Positions 45,818 to 54,054 of a DNA stretch of 64,000 nt are shown here, in pieces. This DNA is from Patescibacteria group bacterium (lineage in GTDB: Bacteria > Patescibacteriota > WWE3 > UBA101185 > 2-01-FULL-41-18), in assembly GCA_038064575.1 (NCBI GenBank), contig JBBTST010000003.1:6751-70750 (forward strand). Reading direction: 5' to 3'. Position 1 is the first letter of the stretch, and each line of letters opens with the position of its first letter. The notes under the pieces were generated by a model that did not search any database, was not told the DNA's origin, and was given only the letters and a program-made list of their open reading frames with translations. A program made the translations under genes and the position numbers.

Positions 45818-48655
45818 TCATAAATTTAGCGTAGTCGGGCAAGAACCACCGGTGTTAATGGCAGGGCAAGCGAAAGAAGTGGCACAGGGGTTAACCTGCT
45901 TTGTTCTATCATTACTTCCAGATCTAATCTCAAAGTGCAAATGCGGTCCGGAAGAATAACCCGTAGAATCCACCTGGCCCAAAGTAGTACCTTTAGTAAC
46001 AACACTACCAACAGGAACGCTAAAACTCTTAAGATGTGCAAAGTACATATAATAGGGTAGGGCTGTTCCACCTGATTGAGCCTGTATTACTATTAACTGT
46101 CCAAAATTCCCAGCAGAACTTGCAAATACAACCTTTGCATCTCCATCATAAGGGGAGAGTACAAATGCACCAGTGGGAGCTGCAAGATCTATACCACCAT
46201 GTTTCACACAAACGCCCCCCACAGTCCTATCTTCCCCAAAACAAGACCAAGTCTGTCCGCTACCTCCAGGAAACACTGTTCCGTTGGTCTTTGAAAAGGG
46301 TACAGGCTGATTGGTACCTGAGGTTGTAGCACTGCAGGCAATTGCTTCCCCTCCCGGAGCAGTACCTGGACCTAAGACAGGTGTAGAAGTACCTCCCAAA
46401 CACTGAGGGGTCTGGCTAAACCAACTTTCTGTTCCCCAAATACCCACCAAAAGCCAAGGATTAACATTTTTGGCTTTGGCAACCTGTAAAACCTGAAGTA
46501 ATTTACCGGGAGGTGGGGAGAAACCCGAATAACTTACATTTAGTATGTTCGTCATGTAATCAGCAAGCTCTTCAGGAGTTTTCCCAAAGGAATTGTCAGT
46601 TGTCCATTTAAGCTGAGCGTTAGGCACTTCACAATCTCTCAATGCCTCTCTATAGTAAGCAAATATCCCATTTACGGCAGGGTCGGGTACGGCGCAGGTG
46701 CCCCCATTAAAGCATCGGGGAGATGTACCTGTGCACCTGTAGCCTGCATCCAAAGGTCTTGCGGTTTCGGGCGGCGGGGTAGCACAGGACCTCCCGGCAG
46801 GAGTCCCTATAGCAACATATTTATCATAAAATTTCACAAAAAGGTTGTACGCAAAAGGCAAGTTCCTGGTTTCATTGTCACAATAAGGACCGTACTCATC
46901 AACTAACCTCCAAAGAGGTCCGCTTGTATCGCTAGACAAAGTTGCTGCAGCACAATTAAGAGACGATTCAAAATCCGTAACTCCGGAACCAAAGCAGTTA
47001 AAATCATTACAGCTTGGAGTTGGAAGTTCTGTGCCACCACCAACACCTCCCGCAGTTTCACCATAAGGCTGTGTGCCTCCAAGAGGGGCCAACACAGTGT
47101 TAACAATAAAATACAAAGCCAGTATTAAAACTACAACCGTGAAACCTGTAATTCCAGCCACAAACTTAAAGATATTTGCCATCTCTTTGCCAAGCTCATC
47201 AAGAGCCTTACCAAGATCAAGCTTCATTGTGTGCCAAATTATGTTCCAAGCTTTTTCCCCAACATAAATCAAGGCAGCTGTTATAGCAGCAGGAAGAGTT
47301 CCAACACCACTAGCACCTGCAGCGGTTAAAGCTGAACTTACAAGAGACCTGATAGCAATTTTAATTGCACCACCGCTAACAAGGTTGATAAGCCCAGAAG
47401 CTTTACCACTTAACACTTGTGCAAGAGCTCCCAAGGTTCCATCCAGACCCTTGGCTACCTTGTCCATTAACGTCTGAAGCATTTTATTAATAGGAGAATT
47501 TTTGTTTCCAATTAAAATTCTTAAGCCCCCCCTAACAGGGTCCTGAACAAAACTTGCAAACTTAAAAGCAGGAGTCAAAAACTTAATCTTTGTTTTAATT
47601 TTGCTCCACATATAGAGCTGGAAAAACTTTCCTTCAGCAACAGCGTCCAGAAGTTCGTTGTATTCAAAAACTTTCTTTCTGTAATCTAACATTTGTGCAA
47701 AAGCCACAAGACGATTATCTCCAAGAGTGTCTCCAAGATCCTTTGATCCCATTGCTCTCTTCCAAATGGAGTCTATATCTTCGTTTCCCCTAGATTCTAT
47801 TGAACTTCTTACCTTTTCCATCTCCCCTGCAGAAAGCTTGTTTCCATCCGCATCAGTGTCCTTAACAAAAATCTTCTCCCCATCAACAGATTTGTAAGCA
47901 CCTGTTGAAAAAACTCTATCTAAATCTCGTTTTAAGGCTGTGACTTCAGGGGAAGCAGTACGAGGGTCATAAGTTTCATCGAGTTGCCTTTTAAGGGCAA
48001 GAGCAAATCTGGTTTGAACTACGTTAAATTTAACACCCCTTTTATCTGCCGAATTTCCAAAAACAACAAAATCTCTAACAGAAGCTGCAAATCTATCTGA
48101 GGATTCAAAAGCACCTTGAGTCGTGACCCCATATAAATCTTTAAAAACTGATGAGTGAAGACTCAAGGCCTTCTGCTCTTTAGTTGCAGTTATCAGAGGA
48201 TTTAACATTGGGTCCCAAATACCTTTTAATTCGGCTTGGGCAGTTAAATCCTTAAAACCCATGACCGCTGTGAACCAATCCTGGGCGGTCTCAGCAACAA
48301 ATTCTTCTAAGCTTTTCTTCTTGAGCTTCTCTGGATCAAGATTCAAACCAATACCAGCAGCCCCTGGAAGCTCTGCGTATTCCTCTTCTACACTACCTAA
48401 TTCTCCGCTAGCTACTCTAGCACCGGCGTCTCTAATCTTACCTCTGATCACAAAAGAAGAAGCAACAAAATCTTTCTCAATTAGCTTTGTAAGAGTGCCA
48501 GGAAGACCCAGTGCAACAGAGTCAAAGGAAACTACAGATGCAAGTTCTCTTTGAAATTCATCAGATTCATATCTTTTGGGCCTACCCCCTCTTTTTTTCT
48601 TTTTAACAGGGCGGCTGCCTGGATAATACCCAGGATAAAAAATTGGCGCTGCCAT
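45818..48655 (-). CDS. Membrane-anchored cell-wall hydrolase: long N-domain, TM region, lysozyme-like motif, C-terminal M23 peptidase
   Basis: M23 motifs HGGIDL, FAHL and STGYSSGPHLHFE; SLT/lysozyme-like AKAKNVNPWLLVGIWGTES. Confidence 0.85.
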   Translation of the reverse strand: MAAPIFYPGYYPGSRPVKKKKRGGRPKRYESDEFQRELASVVSFDSVALGLPGTLTKLIEKDFVASSFVIRGKIRDAGARVASGELGSVEEEYAELPGAAGIGLNLDPEKLKKKSLEEFVAETAQDWFTAVMGFKDLTAQAELKGIWDPMLNPLITATKEQKALSLHSSVFKDLYGVTTQGAFESSDRFAASVRDFVVFGNSADKRGVKFNVVQTRFALALKRQLDETYDPRTASPEVTALKRDLDRVFSTGAYKSVDGEKIFVKDTDADGNKLSAGEMEKVRSSIESRGNEDIDSIWKRAMGSKDLGDTLGDNRLVAFAQMLDYRKKVFEYNELLDAVAEGKFFQLYMWSKIKTKIKFLTPAFKFASFVQDPVRGGLRILIGNKNSPINKMLQTLMDKVAKGLDGTLGALAQVLSGKASGLINLVSGGAIKIAIRSLVSSALTAAGASGVGTLPAAITAALIYVGEKAWNIIWHTMKLDLGKALDELGKEMANIFKFVAGITGFTVVVLILALYFIVNTVLAPLGGTQPYGETAGGVGGGTELPTPSCNDFNCFGSGVTDFESSLNCAAATLSSDTSGPLWRLVDEYGPYCDNETRNLPFAYNLFVKFYDKYVAIGTPAGRSCATPPPETARPLDAGYRCTGTSPRCFNGGTCAVPDPAVNGIFAYYREALRDCEVPNAQLKWTTDNSFGKTPEELADYMTNILNVSYSGFSPPPGKLLQVLQVAKAKNVNPWLLVGIWGTESWFSQTPQCLGGTSTPVLGPGTAPGGEAIACSATTSGTNQPVPFSKTNGTVFPGGSGQTWSCFGEDRTVGGVCVKHGGIDLAAPTGAFVLSPYDGDAKVVFASSAGNFGQLIVIQAQSGGTALPYYMYFAHLKSFSVPVGSVVTKGTTLGQVDSTGYSSGPHLHFEIRSGSNDRTKQVNPCATSFACPAINTGGSCPTTLNL

Positions 48656-48763
48656 ATATCTAGTATAAAAACACTAATAGATATACTAACAGATGCTTGA
48701 TATTTTTAGTATAGTGTCCTAACATTTACTATAGAGAAAGGTTATTGTCATTAAATATAAAGT

Positions 48764-50050
48764 ATGAATAAAAAAACAAGCTCAAATCAAACAGTTCTTC
48801 GTGCTATAAGTGTTATTTCTGCTCTGGTTCTTGTTTTTTCAACTCAAGTCAGAACCTCATACGCTGGTGGTAATTGGGTCTGGGATCAAGCAGTGGGTTT
48901 TGTGTTGGGAGATAAAAACGATTTGCAGACACTCGTTACCGGAACAGCCATCGGTGGCATTGCCGGGGCTGGTTATATATTAGTAACGGGGTGTACTTAT
49001 GACCAAATGATTGATAAAGCAAAAGGAGTAGCCTCAGAGTGTGATCCTACTCTTCAAATTGTAAACAGTAAATCAAGCATGTTAGCTTTTGCCGTAGGTG
49101 CTATGGACTCGGCAATTGAGGCACCTCCTGTAATGAATCTTGCATACTATTTTAATAGTATGAAGTCCGATTCGGTGTTATTTAGGCAAGCTTACGCTGC
49201 ACCTTCCCCAGCATTTCAGGCTGTTATTGATATGTGGAAAGCCATGAGGAATCTAGCTTATGGTCTTCTTGCCGCTTTTGTTTTAGTAGTAGCGTTTATG
49301 ATAACCATGCGTTCTAAAATAGATCCTCAAACGGTTGTAACTGCACAGTCTGCAATTCCCAGAATTGTGATAAGTGCCGTTCTAATAACAATATCTTATG
49401 CACTAGGTTCCTTGTTTGATCAGATGATAGGTAGGGGGTGGAATAGCCCCTTAGTTGGAGTTGCGTCCTGGTTAGCAGGTCCTGGGGGTGTTACAGGACA
49501 GGGAATAATTTATGTGATACAAGGGGTGTGGCCTCCTATATGCAGCAGTTACCAAGCAGGTAATCTGACTGGGGCAATGCAGTGTCTTCTGGCAATATTA
49601 GGAAACGTAAGTAATGCCGCTGTATCCGGTGGTCTCGGTCTTTTCATTCTGTTAGAAATAATATTGGCACTTGTTCTTCTGGTAATAATGCTTATTGTCT
49701 TCTTAACAAGTTATGTCAAAGTCATTGCAAGGACAATTATCTCCCCAATGATATTTGCTGTCGCGGCGATTCCAGGACAAGAACACAGAATAAAAGATTG
49801 GTTCAAAGACATGCTTGCGGACACGTTAGCCCTACCCGTAATAGTGTTTCTCATGGCTTTTGGACTGGTAATCTTTTTCAAGACGGCAGCCGCAGCTGCA
49901 GCAGATCCAAACACAAATGTGGCAGCAGGCTTTTTAAGCGATACTTTAGCTGTTGTTGCAGCACACATGATTCTTATGGCAACGTGGGTAATGGCTATAA
50001 AGGCCCCGGGATTGGTTAGAGCTGCAATTCAAGGACCAAAGACTAGATAA
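48764..50050 (+). CDS. VirB6/TrbL-like polytopic T4SS membrane protein
   Basis: W..MRNLAY.L......AF.I.MR.KIDPQTVVT.Q.AIPRIV...LIT.SY, I.SP..F...AIPG...W; about six TM helices; T4SS context. Confidence 0.7.
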   Translation: MNKKTSSNQTVLRAISVISALVLVFSTQVRTSYAGGNWVWDQAVGFVLGDKNDLQTLVTGTAIGGIAGAGYILVTGCTYDQMIDKAKGVASECDPTLQIVNSKSSMLAFAVGAMDSAIEAPPVMNLAYYFNSMKSDSVLFRQAYAAPSPAFQAVIDMWKAMRNLAYGLLAAFVLVVAFMITMRSKIDPQTVVTAQSAIPRIVISAVLITISYALGSLFDQMIGRGWNSPLVGVASWLAGPGGVTGQGIIYVIQGVWPPICSSYQAGNLTGAMQCLLAILGNVSNAAVSGGLGLFILLEIILALVLLVIMLIVFLTSYVKVIARTIISPMIFAVAAIPGQEHRIKDWFKDMLADTLALPVIVFLMAFGLVIFFKTAAAAAADPNTNVAAGFLSDTLAVVAAHMILMATWVMAIKAPGLVRAAIQGPKTR

Positions 50051-50080
50051 ATACTGGGAGATAGTTGACTAAAAAAGCAA

Positions 50081-50128
50081 AACAGACGAGTTTGTTATGT
50101 ACAAAGCCTCGTCTGTTTCTGGTTTTTT
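50081..50128. terminator. Bidirectional terminator-like hairpin
   Basis: AACAGACGAG-TTTGT...ACAAA..CTCGTCTGTT, flanked by A and T runs, between convergent genes. Confidence 0.6.
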
Positions 50129-50145
50129 GATCTTTTTGCCTATCC

Positions 50146-50526
50146 TCAAGGTCTGAGGAAAAGCAGGGCAACAAGCCAAAAGAAACGCCAGGATATAAAC
50201 CAGTAAACTATCCAAGCGTTGTAGATCAGGGTGTTCCCTGGTTCCCCCCACGGCCAAATCAGCCAGGAAAAATCATGGCTGAAGTGACCCAGGGCTCCGA
50301 CCAAACCAAGAATTATGGCTAGCCAGAGTCCCCGAGAGGACTTGTTGAGGGGCCTTTTATAAAAAAGCCGACGGAGGAGAGCTCCCCAAATCCCTTGGAG
50401 GATTGGGGAAAAAAGTACATATAACATCAGGTGGCCCTCACTTTCCACCCGATAACGAAGCAGGTACTCTGCTCCGGCCGCAAAGCTCAAATTCATTGCG
50501 GCAAAAACAATCCATTTTTTCACCAT
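50146..50526 (-). CDS. Orphan four-TM membrane protein
   Basis: AAAGGAGG SD; four hydrophobic, Trp-rich segments; on the opposite strand inside the T4SS locus. Confidence 0.65.
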   Translation of the reverse strand: MVKKWIVFAAMNLSFAAGAEYLLRYRVESEGHLMLYVLFSPILQGIWGALLRRLFYKRPLNKSSRGLWLAIILGLVGALGHFSHDFSWLIWPWGEPGNTLIYNAWIVYWFISWRFFWLVALLFLRP

Positions 50527-50655
50527 TATCTTTTTCCTCCTTTAGAAAAAGTATCTTTCAATTATACTATAGGTTTCTAGTATTCCCAAACTTCAAAACC
50601 TTAATTAAACCCCTCAAATCTGTTAAAATCAGACTAGTCTAAATTAAGCTTATAT

Positions 50656-53328
50656 ATGCCCTTAAAAGAAACTAGCGGACTATCTAATAAACAACACGCA
50701 GTACCACAAAACATAATGCAGGTGGAGTTCAAGATAATAGGGGACTTGACCATGCGCCAGTTCTTTTACCTGCTTATTGCAGCTATTTTTGCCTTTGGAG
50801 CTATCAAAAGTGGGCTTCCTTCCTATGTTGCCTGGCCCCTTGGCATTGTGGCAGCCCTTGCCGGCGTAGCCATAGCTTTTGTCCCTATTCAAGATAGAGG
50901 AATGGATCAATGGGTAGCTTTTTTCTTCCAGGCAATTTACCAACCAACCCTGAGGGTCTGGAGAAAAGAAACACTTATCCCACAATATTTTCTATATCAA
51001 AGCGCGGCATTGCTTAAATCTGAAATGTTAACAATAGCCCCAACGGCAAGCAGAAGAAAACTGGAGGAGTATCTTGAAAGAGCTTCTGGCGATCTTAAGA
51101 AAAAAGATTATCTTGATGAAAAAGAAGAGGAGTATATCAAAAAAGTAAGGGCTGCTTTTGAACCCTCTTTAGCTAATGCTAGACCCACTACACCTCAAAC
51201 CATACTTAACACTCAAGCAACAGCCGTTACGGCACCACCCCAAGTAACAACTCAATTCAGACCACAAAGTTTACCTCAGACACACCCAAGCGTTAGAAGC
51301 ATCCCTATTACGCCCACTATAGCACCCTCACCTAAAATACCTATATACCAGGCACCTAAGTTCACACCACCTTCACCACAACCCTCTATCCCACAGGCTC
51401 CCAAACCTCAAGAGGTTAATAAAGCTTCAGGGGCTCAGGAGAAAGTAGCACAACAGCCTCAGCAGCAGAGCGTGCCTCAAGCTAGTCAAAAACCACCCTC
51501 ACCAAAAGTGCAAACCCCTGAAGTCTTAAAGCTTCCGGATGTTAAAAAGGAGGAAGTAAAAATAATAACTCCAAAAACTTTAGACGCTTTAACCGTTTCA
51601 ACCCCCCCGCAAACTTTTGTTAAACCCCCTGTTCAGATGCAAACGCAGCAGCAACCACAACCTAAACAAGTTGTGGCCAAACCATTCGAACCCCCACAAG
51701 TTATAGAACCAAAAGTAATAGAAGTAGCAAAAGAAGTTGGGAGGGAAGAAGCTCCTATCTTTGTGGATATAACTCCCAAGAGTGAGGAAAAACCGGAAGT
51801 GGTGGAAAACATAATTGAGCAGGATAAGGCAAACCTTGTCAGGACAGAACTCGCACCCGGTAAAGAATCCACACCCAAAGAGCCCCCAGCACCAGCGCTA
51901 GCACCCGCACCCGCACCGTTCACGTCTGGCCCACTAACTCAAGAAAAAGCGTCTCTAACACAGTCTGAAACCGTTGCAATCCCAGCTAAAGAACCAATTC
52001 AGGAACCAAAAGTTCAGGAACAAAAAAAAGAGGAGCCCCATGAACAGGAGCAGGAACAGGAACAAGAAAGAGCGGAAATAATCAAGCCTTCAAGATCCCA
52101 GCTGAGGCAAAACTTTCCAATTACAGCAAGAATTGGTTCTTTTAAACCAAAGTCTCAGGGCACCACCTTAACCCCTGCCGGCATTACAGGCAGAAGATTT
52201 ACAAACCTGACTCCAACCCAGGGTGAGATTGTTTTACCAATCAGAGGAGAAAGAATTTTAAGAATGTCAGGCGAGCCCGAACCTCCTAAAAGCCAGGAAG
52301 ACATGAAAAGAAAGGAAAAATTAGACCAACTCAACGCTTTGGTTGAAAAACTGAAAGTAGATCAAAAAAGCAGTGCTTCCCAGGCAAGACTTTCAATACC
52401 CCCGCTTAATATATCTGCTCTGACACAGCAAGATCAAAAGAAAGAAGAAAAAATAGAGGTTGGGAACCCGTTTAAAGAAGTGGCTGTTACAGAAGTAGAA
52501 AAGAAAACTGCAGAGGGAGTAGGAGTACCTGCTCAACAAACCCCCCCGCAAACCTCTCAAACACCAAAAAAAGGCAGCATGTACCTGCCGCCGGAAAGAC
52601 TTATGTGGACAGGTCCGGAACCAACAGCTTCTCTCAAAAAAGAGGTTCCAAAAGATGAAAAAGTTGAAATAAAATATGATATCCCCGGCAAAAAAGCAAC
52701 AGATGAAGAAATAGAAAAGCACCTGATTGAAGCAGATTCCAAACTAACTAAGGAGATTGAAGCGCTAAACATGAGCATGAAAGATTCGTCAAAAACGGAG
52801 GCTGAAAGAAAAGCCATCCAGGATCAAATAAAACGTGTAGAAACGGAAAGAGTTGAAGCGCAAAAAGTGATAACAGGCCTTGAAACCAAAGTTAAAGAGC
52901 TTGAACAAAAACTCACAGAAACCACCTCTCCACAAGTTGTTGTTCAAAAAGTGGTGGAAAAAGTACAAGTACCTGTAATTCATGACAGCAAAGAAGATAC
53001 GCAACTCAAACAGCCTAAGGCTCCAGTGCTAGCCAAAGTTCCTACAATAACAACTCTGCCTAATTCAATAAACGGGGTTGTAAAAGACAACAACGGCAAA
53101 CTTGTGGAAGGCGCAGTAGTTATGATTAAAGATCCAAGAGGAGACGTTGTCAGAGCGCTAAGAACCAACAAACTGGGCCAATTCTTCATCACAACTGCAG
53201 TAGCAAACGGTAGTTACATAGTTGAGGTTTCATTTGAGAAAGATAATATTGCCTTAAACTTTGATTCTTCCCTGATACAAACCAAAGGAGAGGTATTACC
53301 TCCAATTGAATTTACTGGTAAGATTTGA
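50656..53328 (+). CDS. PrgI-family (VirB3-like) protein with very long P/Q/E-rich linker, coiled coil and C-terminal carboxypeptidase-regulatory-like domain
   Basis: QHAVPQNI..VEFKIIGDLTMRQF, two TM helices, P.QDRGMDQW...F..P..RVWRK; C-terminal NSINGVVKD..G..VEGAVV.IKD..G..VRALRTNKLGQF. Confidence 0.85.
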   Translation: MPLKETSGLSNKQHAVPQNIMQVEFKIIGDLTMRQFFYLLIAAIFAFGAIKSGLPSYVAWPLGIVAALAGVAIAFVPIQDRGMDQWVAFFFQAIYQPTLRVWRKETLIPQYFLYQSAALLKSEMLTIAPTASRRKLEEYLERASGDLKKKDYLDEKEEEYIKKVRAAFEPSLANARPTTPQTILNTQATAVTAPPQVTTQFRPQSLPQTHPSVRSIPITPTIAPSPKIPIYQAPKFTPPSPQPSIPQAPKPQEVNKASGAQEKVAQQPQQQSVPQASQKPPSPKVQTPEVLKLPDVKKEEVKIITPKTLDALTVSTPPQTFVKPPVQMQTQQQPQPKQVVAKPFEPPQVIEPKVIEVAKEVGREEAPIFVDITPKSEEKPEVVENIIEQDKANLVRTELAPGKESTPKEPPAPALAPAPAPFTSGPLTQEKASLTQSETVAIPAKEPIQEPKVQEQKKEEPHEQEQEQEQERAEIIKPSRSQLRQNFPITARIGSFKPKSQGTTLTPAGITGRRFTNLTPTQGEIVLPIRGERILRMSGEPEPPKSQEDMKRKEKLDQLNALVEKLKVDQKSSASQARLSIPPLNISALTQQDQKKEEKIEVGNPFKEVAVTEVEKKTAEGVGVPAQQTPPQTSQTPKKGSMYLPPERLMWTGPEPTASLKKEVPKDEKVEIKYDIPGKKATDEEIEKHLIEADSKLTKEIEALNMSMKDSSKTEAERKAIQDQIKRVETERVEAQKVITGLETKVKELEQKLTETTSPQVVVQKVVEKVQVPVIHDSKEDTQLKQPKAPVLAKVPTITTLPNSINGVVKDNNGKLVEGAVVMIKDPRGDVVRALRTNKLGQFFITTAVANGSYIVEVSFEKDNIALNFDSSLIQTKGEVLPPIEFTGKI

Positions 53329-53335
53329 GTAATCT

Positions 53336-54037
53336 ATGGAAGACATTAAATTCACAACACAAGAGCATCTTGATATTGAGACCATAACAAACGACCTTGT
53401 AGTTTTGAAAAACGGTGCTGCAGTCCTTATTATCAGAACCAATGCCGTAAATTTTGATCTGTTATCTGAGATTGAACAGGATGCAATTATTGCAGCTTTT
53501 TCAGGCCTTCTAAACTCTCTAAACTTTCCGGTTCAGATAATTGTCAGAAGCAAAAAGCTAGACATTACCAATTATCTTGAAAAAGTTAAGGCTATAGAAA
53601 ACAGAATCAAGGACCCTCTTCTTAAAGTTCAGGCGGAGGCCTACAGAAAATTTGTGCAGGAGCTAATCAAAAGAAATGAGGTTTTGGATAAGAGTTTCTA
53701 TGTGTCCATTCCTTCGGGAGGCACAGCTTCTACACCAACAGGCAGTCCTTTTGACTTCCTCTCAGCGCTAACGGGTACAAAAAAAGCCACCAAAAGAGTG
53801 AATGTTGACGTGCCAAAACTGCTTAAAACGGCAACAAATGAACTTTACCCCAAAAGAGACACTCTAACTAGGGAGTTTGCAAGGATTAACATTAAAGCAA
53901 AACAATTAACAACTCAGGAGCTAGTGGAACTGTTTTTTGATATTTATAATCCGGTTTCCCTGCATGATCAAAGAATGAGAACAAACGCGGATGATTACAG
54001 AATTCCAATAGTAGAACCTGCAATACTTGAAGAGTAG
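53336..54037 (+). CDS. T4SS-associated protein resembling the VirB4 N-terminal (TraC-like) region
   Basis: TQEHLDIE.I..DLVVLKNG, VNFDLLSE.EQDAII..F..LLNSL.FPVQI..RS, L.TQELVELF..IYNP. Confidence 0.8.
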   Translation: MEDIKFTTQEHLDIETITNDLVVLKNGAAVLIIRTNAVNFDLLSEIEQDAIIAAFSGLLNSLNFPVQIIVRSKKLDITNYLEKVKAIENRIKDPLLKVQAEAYRKFVQELIKRNEVLDKSFYVSIPSGGTASTPTGSPFDFLSALTGTKKATKRVNVDVPKLLKTATNELYPKRDTLTREFARINIKAKQLTTQELVELFFDIYNPVSLHDQRMRTNADDYRIPIVEPAILEE

Positions 54038-54054
54038 ATTTAAGTTTAACAAAG

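Noticed and set aside
51885-52070. Short tandem repeats (GCACCC and GAACAG units)
   Set aside because: In-frame low-complexity coding (AP and EQ repeats) within the PrgI linker, not a separate DNA element.
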